A DNA stretch of 63,697 nucleotides, filler included, from Octopus bimaculoides (lineage: Eukaryota), in assembly GCF_001194135.2 (NCBI RefSeq). It is 7 parts of 5 records of this genome, joined end to end, with 100 filler letters (N's around TTAATTAATTAA, not from the genome) between each part and the next. Parts side by side here need not be neighbours in the genome. Positions count along the whole stretch, not along the records: positions 1 to 13,655 come from NC_069010.1; positions 13,756 to 23,392 come from NC_069008.1; positions 23,493 to 35,344 come from NC_069010.1; 4 more parts are not named here. One strand, 5' to 3'. The notes beneath the pieces were generated by a model, which was not told the DNA's origin, searched no databases, and saw only the letters and a list, made by a program, of their open reading frames with translations. The translations under genes and the position numbers were made by a program. This document shows, one piece after another, positions 12,305-25,209 of this stretch; position 1 is the stretch's first letter, and each line of letters opens with the position of its first letter.

Positions 12305-12632
12305 TGTAGTGACGCCGAATACCAGTTGCCATTTCGGGAAGTTCGCCCATGCATGCGCAGGGACATGTCTTCCAGAAGACATGCAGGTAGTCCCTCGTGC
12401 GCATGCGTGGTCATCCTATATCAAAGTGTTCCCGCCTTTTCTCGACCTCTTAGCGCTGCACCTTCGAGGAGACGACAACTCACTAAGGGCCACTCCGCAA
12501 CTCCACCTTTGAGTCTACGCCACTACTTCGGAGGCTGAAGTATGACTTAATCATCGTCCAACATCGACACCGTCTTCACACCGACTATAAAGGGCGACCT
12601 GGTAATTCCGTTACCCGAGATGTATGCTGAGC
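12305..12632. mobile_element. LTR-like GC-richer repeat containing a long nested hairpin
   Basis: Starts TGTAGTGACG. No clear TSD or matching end was found. Hairpin at 12347-12410. Confidence 0.3.
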
Positions 12633-12654
12633 ACCTCATAATAAATATTTGTTA

Positions 12655-12890
12655 TTCTTATTTCTTTATTGCCCACAAGGGGCTACACACAGAGGGGACA
12701 AACAAGGACAGAGAAAGGAATTAAGTCGATTACATCAACCTCCAGTGTGTAACTGGTACTTAATTTATCGACCCCAGAAGGATGAAAGGCAAAGTCGACC
12801 TCGGCAGAATTTGAACTCAGAACGTAACAACAGACGAATTACCGCTAAGCATTTCGCCCGGCGAGCTAACGGTTCTGCCAGCTCACCGCC
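12655..12890 (-). mobile_element. SINE family C
   Basis: Reverse complement of GGCGGTGAGCTGGCAGAA..GTTAGC..GCCGGGCGAAATGCTTAGCGG..TTCTGAGTTCAAATTC..GAGGTCGACTTTGCCTTTCATCC. Confidence 0.85.
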
Positions 12891-13655
12891 TTTTATTTGT
12901 TATTCTGTTATTTAATTTATCCAGCATGTTCGTTTTTATTGAAGAGAATTGATTTGTACGGGATAGGGTTACCCAATGATGGTGGCCCTATCGACTACAC
13001 AGGTAGCAGAACCCACAGTCGTTTATAACTGAAGACCAGCCTAGATAACACACCAATGCAAAGAGAATAAAGATAAAATGCTTTTACTTACTATATGCTT
13101 CGTCAAGTTCCTCCACTGCATTTTCTCCCATTATAGCATTGGGGTTCATCCCTTTCTCTCCTTTGGCAGACTGAAACAGTAAACACAAGAGGATTAACTG
13201 AAGGCTAGGACTGCAAATGGTGGCACAGTAATGTACCAACTTCAACATTCAACCCTGAAAAGAGGGGAGGTTTGTCGTCATCGTTTAACATCCACTTTCC
13301 ATGCTGGCATGGGTTAAACGGTTTGACTGAGGACTGGTGAGCCGGAAGGCTGCACCAGGCTCCAATCTGATCTTGCAAGGTTTCTACAGCTGGATGCCCT
13401 TCCTAACGCCAACCACTCTGAGAGTGTAGTGGGTGATTTTACGTGTCACCAGCACGAGGGCCAGTCAGGCGGTACTGGCAAGGGCCACGCTCAAAAGGTG
13501 TTTTTTACGTGCTACTTGCATGGGTGCCAGTCAGGCGGCACTGGCAACGACCACGCTTGAAAGTTGTTTCTCATGAGCCACCGGCACATGAGCCGGTAAG
13601 ACGACGCTGGCATGGGACCCAATCCATGGTCCTGGCAACGATCACACTCGGATGT

Positions 13656-13755
13656 NNNNNNNNNNNNNNNNNNNNNNNNNNNNNNNNNNNNNNNNNNNNT
13701 TAATTAATTAANNNNNNNNNNNNNNNNNNNNNNNNNNNNNNNNNNNNNNNNNNNN
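13656..13755. other. Artificial 100-bp contig linker (44 N + TTAATTAATTAA + 44 N)
   Basis: Identical construct at 23393-23492, 35345-35444, 39563-39662, 47576-47675 and 57131-57230. The 12-mer gives stop codons in all six frames. Confidence 0.95.
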
Positions 13756-14412
13756 TTCAACTCCCATCAGAGAGGGAGGAGGAGGGAGGGAGAGGGAGAG
13801 AAATATAATAATGCAACAAACAATACACAAAACAAAAAGAAAACAAAGCAGGCGGGGGGGGGACAAAAGAGTGGAATTATAGGTCAGTCAGTTATAAGAT
13901 GAAAGGGAGAGAGGAAGATGGTTGGTGGTGGTGATGGCAGTGGTGGTAGTGATGGTGGTAGTAGTGGTGGTGGCGATTGTGGTGATGGTGGTAGTAGTGG
14001 TGGTGGTGGACTCAGTAGGAAAGTGACAACAGTAGCAACATGATGGTGGTGACCAAAGTGGTGATGGTCATAGGAAAATAGAGGGGGTGGGGTGGTATTA
14101 GCATGACAGTAGTGACGATGGTAGTAGTAGTAGTAGTAGAAAAAGCAGCAGCAGGATAAGGGGTGATGTTGGTAGTCTCACATTGGTGGTGGTGGTGGTA
14201 GTGGTGGTAGGGTATTGGAGGTGGTCAAGTGACAGTAGTGATAGGAAGGTCAGTGTGTGGCCAAGTGAGTGTGTGGGTGTGATTACAATGGAGCCGGGAG
14301 ATCTGGTCTACATATGTTTCATAGCGAGCGGAACCTCGGAAGTAGGAAATATCCAAGCGAGGTGTGTGCATGTATGTATATGTATGTATATGTGTACGTA
14401 TGTGTATATATG

Positions 14413-14444
<32 letters not shown>

Positions 14445-16114
14445 AGTACATCAACATCAACAGCAATAACAAAATCAAATCAAATGGAAATGTAGTTGTG
14501 AGTCCTGAGCTGGTAGCACGTAAAAAGCACCAACTGGTCATGGTCGATACCAGCTCCTCTGGCCCTTGTGCCAGTGGCGCGTAAAAAGCACCCACTACAC
14601 TCTCAGAGTGGTTGGTGTTAGGAAGGGTATCCATCTGTAGAAACACTGCCAGATTAGATCGGGGCCATATCACGGTTCACGTATTGTGGTTCACCTATCG
14701 CAGCTTATTATTTAAGCTTATCTCGATTCTTCTGTGGTGTTGTTTTGCATTTATAATAAAACAAGTGGTCACAGAACAATATGAGATGGACTGTTTTCAT
14801 CGAGAACAGATGCACAGCATTCGAAGCACAAAACTTTTATTTACATTCAAAACAAAAAATAAACACCAAAATCCTCCAAAAAAAAATACCTAAACCTTTT
14901 CTGCAATATTGCAGAGTTGACGAATAGCCTGACCACAAGAAAAGACGCTATAAATATTCAAACAAACCCATTTATAGCCATTTTCTCCAAAGTCATTACA
15001 GAAATGGTCTTAAATTGGGAGAATGAGAGTGGGCTGGGTCCCTAAACAACAACTCAATCTAGTAACTATTGCACCTTCCCCAATGTGGCAACCACCACTG
15101 ACACAACCATTTCTATTGCTGCTGCTGCTACCGCCAATGTGTGGTCATTAAACCTTCCAGAAATAGAAGTCAAATTTTGTCTCCCCATTATACCATACCA
15201 TCTGGTATGGTGTTGAACGTAAATCGGCCTGACCTGAGCCAACCTGCACCACCACCACCACCACCAGTACCACAGCCAATACTACCACTCCTACCATCAC
15301 CACAACCACCATCGTCATTATCACTAACACCACTACAGTCCCCACTTCCACCACCACCACCACNNNNNNNNNNNNNNNNNNNNNNNNNNNNNNNNNNNNN
15401 NNNNNNNNNNNNNNNNNNNNNNNNNNNNNNNNNNNNNNNNNNNNNNNNNNNNNNNNNNNNNNNNNNNNNNNNNNNNNNNNNNNNNNNNNNNNNNNNNNNN
15501 NNNNNNNNNNNNNNNNNNNNNNNNNNNNNNNNNNNNNNNNNNNNNNNNNNNNNNNNNNNNNNNNNNNNNNNNNNNNNNNNNNNNNNNNNNNNNNNNNNNN
15601 NNNNNNNNNNNNNNNNNNNNNNNNNNNNNNNNNNNNNCGGGGTGTGTGGAGAGGAGGGAGAAAAGTAGAGGTGTGAGGAGTAGCATGGATGTGGGAGTTG
15701 GGGGGGGGGGAAACGCTGGCTGAACAAAAAGACAAAAAAAAATAATAAAAAAAGGAAAGGAAAAACAAAACACAAAGAGAGAGTGAGTGACACCACACCG
15801 ACCAGATCAAGGGTGCGGCGTCGCATCGTGCGATGTGGAGTGCGGCACGATGGGAGAAGGAGATAAACATTCTTGTATAAATCAGCATTGCTATCAAACG
15901 ATGCTCATGTTGATGATGATGATGATGCAATGACAATGTTGATGATGACGATGATGATGATGATGATGATGACAACAATGACGATGGTCATACCACTCCC
16001 AGCAATGATCATTGTTAATGTTATAATTATTATTATTATTATTATTATTATTACTACCACTATTATTGTTATTATAATTATTGTTACTGTTATTGTTGTT
16101 ATTGTCGTTAAGGT

Positions 16115-16757
16115 AATGAGGTGGCAGAATCATTAGCAAAAATGCTTAGCAGCATTTCGTCCATTTTTACATTCAGAGTTCAAATTCTGCCAAGGTTGAC
16201 TTTACCATTTGTCCCTTTGGAGGGGGGGGGGGTCGATAAAAAAAAAAAGTACCAGTTGAACACCGGGGTCCACATAATCGACCAAAACCCCTCATCCAAA
16301 CTTGCTGGCCTTGTGTCAAAATCGGAAAAGCTTATTTCGGGTTTTGTGTGTGCCTCTGTAACGGACGAGGTCAAAGGTCATCGAAAAGGTTGCAAACAAC
16401 AACGAAAAAAGGCTTTGACAAACAAAAACAAAACAAACCGACTACTTAAGCAATAAGTTAAACAAACAATCGATTAATTGGTTGGATATTTAACCAATTA
16501 ACTAATAATAAAGGAGTGGAATTGAACCAGTGTGTGTGTTAATATTGGCAGAATGACCCACCTTAAAAATAACAAAACTTGAAACTTATCATGATTACAG
16601 TAATCCCTCACCATATTACAGTTTATTATTCAAGTTTACGTCTGTCCCTTCGTGGTGTTGTTTTGCATTTATGATAAAATAAATATATACAAATTATAAA
16701 AATAATTTAAAAAAATATACTTTGCAGATTTTCACCCGCAATAGTCGAGGGATTACT

Positions 16758-16791
<34 letters not shown>

Positions 16792-16953
16792 CATTATTAT
16801 TATATAAGGGAGTTCTGAGTTCAAATTCCGCCAATGTTGACTTTGCCTTTCATCCCTTCGGGGTCGATTAAATAAGTACCAGTTATGCACTGGGGTCGAT
16901 GTAATCAACTAGTCCCCCTCCCCCAGATTTTCCTTGTGCTAATAGTAGAAAGG

Positions 16954-16988
<35 letters not shown>

Positions 16989-17200
16989 GGCGGTGAACTG
17001 GCAGAATTGTTAGCTGGGCGAAATGCTAAGCGGCATTTCGTCTGTCTTAATGTTCTGAGTTCAAATTCCACTGGGGTCAACTTTGTCTTTCATCCTTTTG
17101 GGGGTTGATAAATTTAATACCAGTGAAACACTAGGGTTGATATAATTAACAGGCCCCACTCCTGCCAAATTTCAGGCCTTGTGCCTATAGTAGAAACGAT
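16115..17200 (+). mobile_element. Cluster of family C SINEs (16115-16330, 16805-16960, 16988-17200) with (ATT)n tracts
   Basis: Each carries TTCTGAGTTCAAATTC..GACTTTGCCTTTCATCC..GGGGTCGAT..AAGTACCAG. Confidence 0.8.
16598..16758. mobile_element. pogo/Tigger-like MITE
   Basis: TIRs CAGTAATCCCTC / GAGGGATTACTG, flanked by TA on both sides. Confidence 0.8.
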
Positions 17201-18067
17201 TATTACTACTACTACTACTATTATTATATAGTAAGGTGTGATTTGAGAGATTTGGCTGCTATTTCTAGCTACCATATAAAGGACTCCATTGGCTTGGTAG
17301 TGTATTAGCATGGTGGTGGTGGTGGTAGTAGTAGTAGTAGTAATAATCGTTTCTACTATAGGCACAAGGCCTGAAATTTGGCAGGAGTGGGGCCTGTTAA
17401 TTATATCAACNNNNNNNNNNNNNNNNNNNNNNNNNNNNNNNNNNNNNNNNNNNNNNNNNNNNNNNNNNNNNNNNNNNNNNNNNNNNNNNNNNNNNNNNNN
17501 NNNNNNNNNNNNNNNNNNNNNNNNNNNNNNNNNNNNNNNNNNNNNNNNNNNNNNNNNNNNNNNNNNNNNNNNNNNNNNNNNNNNNNNNNNNNNNNNNNNN
17601 NNNNNNNNNNNNNNNNNNNNNNNNNNNNNNNNNNNNNNNNNNNNNNNNNNNNNNNNNNNNNNNNNNNNNNNNNNNNNNNNNNNNNNNNNNNNNNNNNNNN
17701 NNNNNNNNNNNNNNNNNNNNNNNNNNNNNNNNNNNNNNNNNNNNNNNNNNNNNNNNNNNNNNNNNNNNNNNNNNNNNNNNNNNNNNNNNNNNNNNNNNNN
17801 NNNNNNNNNNNNNNNNNNNNNNNNNNNNNATATATATAAAGTATACACACACATATATACACACAATTACATGCATGTCCACTATCATATGTATACTCAG
17901 CCACAAAAACACACACGAATGCAACATACATCTTCATACATACATACATACATATATATATATATACACACACAAATGTATACCGGCATATACATATATA
18001 TACACACACAAAACACACCCTCTCTAATGACAGTTATTACTATCTCACCATGTCCATCAAACTACAC

Positions 18068-18100
<33 letters not shown>

Positions 18101-18880
18101 TTACACCTTTGTGGATATGTATACACATATGCACGCATAGCTGGGCTCTGTCGGTCATGACGACGGCGACGACGACGGCTCCATTTGATCCAATCAACGG
18201 AACAGCCTGCACATGAAATTAACATAAAAGTGGTTGAGTACCCCACAGACATGCGTCCCCTTAACATGGTTCTCAAGGAAGTTCAGCGTAACACAGGGTG
18301 TGACAAGGCTGGACCCTTTGGATTTTTCGCTGGCCGAGTGGACTGGAGCAATGTGAAATAAAGAGTCCTGCTCAAGGACAGAATGTGCCGCTGGTCTTAG
18401 AGCCAAAATGTGAACCTCATGTGTGAATATCTCAATTTGCAGACCTTGCCAACCCACATTCCTATGAATGTATTTATAAAAAAAATACCAACAACAACAG
18501 TAACAGCATCAAATTATTTCAAAGCCTCGTTACAGCCGGTAATGAGGGGGTGGGAGTGGGCAGGAGTTATTAAGTCAGCAGCTATTAAAAGGCGAAGGGG
18601 GGGAGATGGATTGGAAGGGGGTAAGATGGTTAAATTACTCAGAATTTTGGTTTGGTATTTCTTTGAGGGAAGACTGGAGTTAAAAATTGTGGCATTTGGT
18701 ATAATCATCAGATAATGGAATAAATACAACAGGCAAGACTACAATTACACACACACACTTTGATGCAGTTACATACATACACACACAGACAGCTGGATTA
18801 ATACATACATACACACATATGTACATAGACACTACACACACACACAACCAGATACACACACACACACACACGCGCGTGCA

Positions 18881-19764
18881 CATGGTGCATTCCAGAAGTT
18901 TTGAGACTTTTTTTTTTAGGAGAGACAGTTACAACTGTCCTAGATTATTGTAAGCTTATTATGCTATTACTGTACAACTAATAAGCTGACCTGCCAACCT
19001 TTTGCTTTTTAAAGATTGAAGAAGGAAACAGTTGTAGCAACACTTTGAACACACCCTGCTAAACGCTGCTCATCACAGCTGACTGGTTTGCAGAACGCAG
19101 TCGAGGCGTGGAAACAATTTGGGAAATTGTGGCATAATACAGTTTCATGTTAAACTGAGCAAAAACATGACAGGATCTTATGAAATGCTCCAGACTGGTC
19201 ATGGATTAACTTGATTGAGCTGAGCATTGATTTCTCACTGGGAAGCCCCTCATGATCCCCTTTCTCAACAGCAAGGGCATCACCTAGATCCAGTAGGTTT
19301 CTCTCTGGCCAGGTGGTCAAGAAGGAGAGACTTTGTTAGGGTTTTGAGGGAATTCATGAAGAGATTTTGTCAAGTAAGGCCAGAGCACCTGCACAGGACA
19401 ATGCACCAATCCACAATTCCATTCTGGTAACCAATTCCTTGACAGAGATGGGCATCAAAACCGTCCCTCACCCTCCCTGCAGGGCAGACCCTGCTCCCTG
19501 TGACCCCTGGTCGTTCTTTAATCTAAAAGAGAACCTCAGGGGCAGCTGTTTTGAAAACGTTGGGGGTGGATGTTTCAATAAGGGTTTTGGATGCCTTCAC
19601 TTTGTGGGGCTTTCCATGGGGGCTTTCATAAAGTGATGGGAACACTGCAACATGTGCATTGAAGTCAGGGGATACGAGTTTGAAGGAGATCAGGGATTGG
19701 TACTTCTTTGGAATTAACAAAGGTCTTTTCTGAAAAAGTCTCCAAACTTCTGGAATGCACCTTG
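18881..19764 (+). mobile_element. Internally deleted mariner transposon
   Basis: 32-bp TIRs CA(T/A)GGTGCATTCCAGAAGTTT(T/G)GAGACTTTTT with 2 mismatches. Internal QDNAPIHNSILVTNSLTEMGIKTVPHPP..DPAPCD.W.F..LKE.LRG. Confidence 0.9.
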
Positions 19765-19786
19765 CAAATACAGACACACAGACACT

Positions 19787-19824
<38 letters not shown>

Positions 19825-20279
19825 CGCACACAGACACCACACACACACACAGCCACACAAACATTCCACATAAACACACGACATACATGTCACACACATA
19901 TACAAACATACATCAAATCTACCCAGACAGAGAGGAATGACAAAAACTGATGGCGGGGTGGGGTGTTGTGGGGGTGTACAGAGATAGAGAAAGAGCAATT
20001 TCCCTTTAATTTACTGAAAATTAATATCTAGACATTTAGTAGTAGTAAGGATGGTTGTAGTGGTGGTGGTGGTGGTAGCAATAGTAGCGACAGGGGTGGC
20101 AGTAACAGGAGTAAAACCATCACCAGCCAACTGTTAGTAATGGGGGGGGGGGGAGATAAACAAGCAGCCATGTTGTTGATGATACCCTTACAAGTATCGT
20201 CAGTGAAGCCCACCTACTTACCCTTCAAGCAATGCACACACATGCACATATGTGTGTGTATGTGTGGGTGAGAATGTGG

Positions 20280-20632
20280 TAATAGGGTAAAGACCCCCTT
20301 CGGTCATGAAGGACCATGGGATTGCACCTTGAAAGTTCCCCCTCCGAGGCACAAGTCCAGGCAAGGTTGTTTATGGAAGACCAGCAGTCGCCCATGGATA
20401 CCAGCCCCACCCCTCTGCATGCCACCGATGTTATCCCAGGGAAAGACAAAAGGGGCCGATACAGCTTAGCACCAATAAGGAGTCACAACTGAATTCTACA
20501 GATGAGTGAACTGGAGCAACGTGAAATAAAGTGTCTTGCTCAAGAACACAACATACAGCCCTGTCTGGGATTTGAACTCACAATCTCACTGATTGTGAGC
20601 CTAACGCTCTAACCACTGAGCCATGTGCCTTC
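20280..20632 (-). mobile_element. tRNA-derived SINE (further family)
   Basis: Minus strand reads GAAGGCACATGGCTCAGTGGTTAGAGCG..GTGAGTTCAAATCCC..GTGTTCTTGAGCAAGACACTTTATTTCACGTTGCTCCAGT, with A- and B-box-like motifs. Confidence 0.75.
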
Positions 20633-20761
20633 ATCAATTTACTCACCTGTTTGTAAGCAAGGAAATATTTCCCCTTGGTTTAAGAAACCACACTGCTTGA
20701 ATGATGGTGACACTTCTTTACGGCTATCATACAATGCCAAGACAAGGAGTCATAAACACAC

Positions 20762-20802
<41 letters not shown>

Positions 20803-21630
20803 ACCATCGTCGTCATTTCGAGTAAGCAAATGGCTTAGTGGTCAGACAATTTGGCCCACAATTGTAAGGTTGTGAGTTCATGGGAGCCAGTCAGGTGGCA
20901 CTGGCAATGACCCATGCTTGACGAAATATCAAAATTTAAAATTTCTTATTAAAATGACATAATTAAAAAGTGAAACAAAAAGAAAAAAAATGCAGAAAAC
21001 TTACGTTTTTTGTCGTTNNNNNNNNNNNNNNNNNNNNNNNNNNNNNNNNNNNNNNNNNNNNNNNNNNNNNNNNNNNNNNNNNNNNNNNNNNNNNNNNNNN
21101 NNNNNNNNNNNNNNNNNNNNNNNNNNNNNNNNNNNNNNNNNNNNNNNNNNNNNNNNNNNNNNNNNNNNNNNNNNNNNNNNNNNNNNNNNNNNNNNNNNNN
21201 NNNNNNNNNNNNNNNNNNNNNNNNNNNNNNNNNNNNNNNNNGCTGCCAACAACGCTGATCTTTAGCGACAGGGTGGCCATGGTTGGGCGAAAAAAGTGGG
21301 ACGGACAGCGGCAGATGAGAGTTTTCTGTTAATTCAAGTGCCGCAGCTGCGGGTTGGTGTGTCTTGTATTTTGGCAAAGGGTATAGCCTGCAACGAGAGG
21401 AAGAAGAAGAAGACATGGTGGTGAGAATCGATCGATTGATTGATTGATGGAGAGAGGTATCTTGTAGAAAACCGTAGTGTGAGGAGGGCGAGGATAAAAA
21501 TGAAGACAGGATGAAGATGAGACAATGACAAGATAACGAAGATGAAAAACAAAACATGTAGAGAGAGACAATTCTGTATTACAAGCTGTTATCACCTACA
21601 TTATCACACACACACACACACACAAACTGT

Positions 21631-22130
21631 CATACAATAAGAGAGACGACACACCATAAGCTCGTTTCTCTGGCATTCTCTACGACATGTTTGTTGTACA
21701 ATAAATGAAATAATTCAAAATTATAAGCCATTCCCTCCAGCATTCTCCCACAAAACGTTTGTCATACAATAAAAGGAGACAACTCAAAACTAAACCATTT
21801 CCACCAGAATTCTCCCACAAAACGTTTGTCATACAATAAAAGGAGACAACTCAAAACTATAAACCATTTCCACCAGAATTCTCCCACAAAATGCTCGTCA
21901 TACTATAAGGGGAGACCATTCTCCCACAAAACGTTTGTCATACAATAAAGGGACATAACTCAAAATTATAAGCCATTTCCTCCCGCATTCTCCCACAAAA
22001 CGTTTGTCATACGATAAAGGGGAACAACTCATTACAGCCAGACATTTTCTCCGGCAATCTATCCAAAATTATTTGGTGATACGATAAAGAGGTCCTGCTC
22101 AACACACCCAGTCGGTTTATCTGGCAATCT
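21631..22130. repeat. Minisatellite, unit of about 68-70 bp, about 7 copies
   Basis: Recurrent CATTCTCCCACAAAACGTTTGTCATACAATAAAAGGAGACAACTCAAAA; central copies are near-identical and edge copies are decayed. Confidence 0.9.
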
Positions 22131-22561
22131 AGCACAGTTTAATTCCATGCTGCCAGTCAAAGAGCCTCCAGATAATTACAGGACAAAAATACCAAAATAA
22201 GCGTCACCATTAGCTATGTTAAAATTGCGTACCTAAAATATACAGATATTTTCTCACACTCAATCATTGCTACCAGTGTGTGTGTGTGTGTCACACAGGA
22301 AATATATGCATACATACTTACACACACACATATATATATATAGAGAGAGAGGATATATGCCTATATGCATACATATGTGCACATACATGTATTCACATGC
22401 ATACACACACCACACATATGAGGGAGAGGGAGAGTTTAAGGTGTTTTGTGTGCATGTATGTGTATGCCTTTAAATGTGTATGTGTGTGTATGTATTATGT
22501 ATGTATGTATGTATGTATGTATATATACACAGACACACAAGAAAAAGAATGATAAGCTAGC

Positions 22562-22593
<32 letters not shown>

Positions 22594-23359
22594 GATAGAT
22601 AGATAGATAGATACACACACACACATGTGTACTTGTTGGCATGTGTGTGTAATTATATATATACTCACACACACATATGCCAACAAGTACATATATACAT
22701 ACACACATATATACACACGTAGGGAGAAGAAGAAATGGGTGGGAACAGGAATAAAACTGTTAAGTAGACATTTATTGTGTGTGTGCTTGTGTACATAGGC
22801 AGAGTGACAGAGAAAGAGGGGCTGTGAGAGGAGAGGGGTGAAGAGGAATATATACACACAGTGTCTCTTGTGAAATTTGAACCCAAGTTGTCACAGTTTA
22901 TTGTAGAGTGCTGGTGGGAGGGAGAGAGGTAGGAGAAGTGGAATAAAAGGAGGGGAGGAGCAGAGAGAGGAGGGGGAGGAGGAGGAGAGAGCAAAAGGGT
23001 GTGGAGAGGGGTGAGTGGGTAGTAGTGAGAGCAATGGGTGTTGAGGCTGATTATAGCAATGATGATGATGATGGTGGTGGTGGTGGTGACCAAGATGGTG
23101 GTGGTGGTAATACTAATTTCTTGTGGTAGTGGCGGCGGTGGTGAAGGTGGTGGTGCTGCTTGTGGTACTGATTGCTTGTAGTGGTGGTAGTAGTGGTGGT
23201 GGTGGTTGAGGTGTCCCTGTTGATGATGATGATGGTGGCGCTGGTGATCAGAAGAGCAACATAACAGACATTATTCTTTGATTACCATTTGAAAGACTCG
23301 TTAGAACATCAGATTGTAGAAGTGTGTGTGCGTGTGTGTGCGCGCGCGCGCGCGCGCGC

Positions 23360-23390
<31 letters not shown>

Positions 23391-23492
23391 TGNNNNNNNN
23401 NNNNNNNNNNNNNNNNNNNNNNNNNNNNNNNNNNNNTTAATTAATTAANNNNNNNNNNNNNNNNNNNNNNNNNNNNNNNNNNNNNNNNNNNN

Positions 23493-23530
23493 TTCAGGGT
23501 TATTTCCCTTCGTCAGCGTCCGATAGCTAC
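23493..23530 (-). ncRNA. Minimal hammerhead ribozyme core, truncated by a linker (Penelope-type)
   Basis: Minus strand reads ATCGGACG-CTGACGA-AGGG-AAATAA-CCCT-GAA and then enters the gap. Confidence 0.6.
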
Positions 23531-23799
23531 CGACCTTCGATGAGAGGTATAAATTCTTGGCAACCTTATGTATATTTTTCCAGTGAAATTCTTCACTGAT
23601 ATCGAAAAAGTGAAAACAAGCAATGTTAATTCTCTAAATGAAGTATTAACAGTAACTGCACGATAAAGTGAAGTGTATTATATATATATATATGACAGAT
23701 CGAAAGTATGGTTGGTGATTACACGTGGTTAAATATCAAAGGAAAGAGATAAGAGGAAAAAATACAAATTTATTTTACAATATTAAAAATAATATTAGG

Positions 23800-24240
23800 G
23801 TGGCAAGCCGGCAGAATTGTTAGCATGCCGGGCGAAATGCTTAGCGGTATTTTGTCTGCTGTTACATTCTGAGTTCAGATTCCACCGCGGTCAACTTTGC
23901 CTTTCATCCTTCCGGAGTTGATAAATTAACTCTTTCGTTACCAACCAGGCTGAAACCGGCTCTGTCTCTGAGTACAAATGTCTTGTTTTCATAAGTTTTG
24001 AATTAAAATCTTCCACCAAAACTTAGTCACAATTTATGTTCCTAACACTAGCTGAATGGTAACTAAGTTATTTTACTAAATTCTTTGTTATATTTAAAGT
24101 AATTGAAAGAAACACAGAGCATCTTAAAATAAATACAGTAACAAAAGGGTTAAGTACCAGTTGTGTACTGGGTCGATCTAATCAACTGGCCCCGTCCCCC
24201 AAAATTTCGGGCCTTGTGCCTAGAGTAGAAAAGAATATTA
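23800..24240 (+). mobile_element. Family C SINE split by a piggyBac MITE
   Basis: SINE sequence GATAAA-TTAA-GTACCAG is interrupted exactly at its TTAA. Confidence 0.85.
23930..24149. mobile_element. piggyBac-type MITE
   Basis: TTAA duplication at 23926-23929 and 24150-24153; imperfect TIRs CTCTTTCGTTAC / GTAACAAAAGGG. Confidence 0.85.
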
Positions 24241-24364
24241 AAGATAATATTAGGGTGGTGAGCTGGCAGAATCATTAGCATGCCAGGCAAAATGTTTAGC
24301 GATATTTGTATATAGATATCTTTGTTAATGTGCACACATCTATGCGCGAGATATGTGCACAAAC

Positions 24365-24734
24365 GTTGTTGGCACTCCGAGGGTTCCAGTTGATCCGATC
24401 AACGGAACAACTTGCTCGTGAAATTAACGTGCAAGTGGCTGAGCACTCCACAGACACGTGTACCCTTAACGTAGTTCTCGGGGATATTCAGCGTGACACA
24501 GAGTGTGACAAGGCTGACCCTTTGAATTACAAGCACAACAGAAACAGGAAGTAAGAATGAGAGAAAGTTGTGGTGAAAGAGTGCAGCAGGGTTCGCCACC
24601 ATCCCCTGCCGGAGCCTCGTGGATCTTTTAGGTGTTTTTGCTCAATAAACACTCACAACGCCCGGTCTGGGAATTGAAACCACGATCCTACGACCATGAG
24701 TCCGCTGCCCTTACCACTGGGCCATTGCGCCTCC
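24365..24734 (-). mobile_element. tRNA-derived SINE family B
   Basis: Reverse complement of GGAGGCGCAATGGCCCAGTGGT..GGCAGCGGACTC..TTCCCAGACCGGGCGTTGTGAG..GGAACCCTCG..GTGCCAACAAC. Confidence 0.9.
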
Positions 24735-24831
24735 ACTGCACAAACACACACATATATATATATGTGTGTCTCTCTGTATATGTTCTTCTGAGTGTGTGTA
24801 TGTGCATCGGTGTGTGTGTGTATGTTCATCG

Positions 24832-24870
<39 letters not shown>

Positions 24871-25209
24871 GGGAGCATATGATGCAAGGAGAGGGTGCTA
24901 GAGATGAAAAAAGAGAGAGGGAGGGAAGGAGGGAGAGGGAAAAGAGCAAGAGAAAAGGAAAGAGAGAGGGAGGGAGAAAGTGATAGATAGTAATTGAGGT
25001 GGACACCTGGGGTTTAAAAGGTAAAAATGACTTACCTGGGTTTACTGTGGGTTGCCAGGAGTATATCGAGAGCATAGGTAAAGTTCCACATGTAGGAGCT
25101 GATGCAGTGAAATTCTATCCAGACCTAAAGGAGAAAAAACATAATCATCATCATTATCAGCTGTTGTCATCATTATCAGCTGTCGTCATCATCATCTATA
25201 TCCTATCAA

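Noticed and set aside
15141-16139. Poly-Pro, poly-Asn, poly-His and poly-Ser ORFs
   Set aside because: They are translations of (ACC), (AAT) and (GAT) trinucleotide tracts, with no splice or homology support.
21631-22130. Regularly spaced repeats here and at 27704-27844 considered as CRISPR-like arrays
   Set aside because: Whole units repeat with no unique spacers, there are no cas genes, and the context is eukaryotic.
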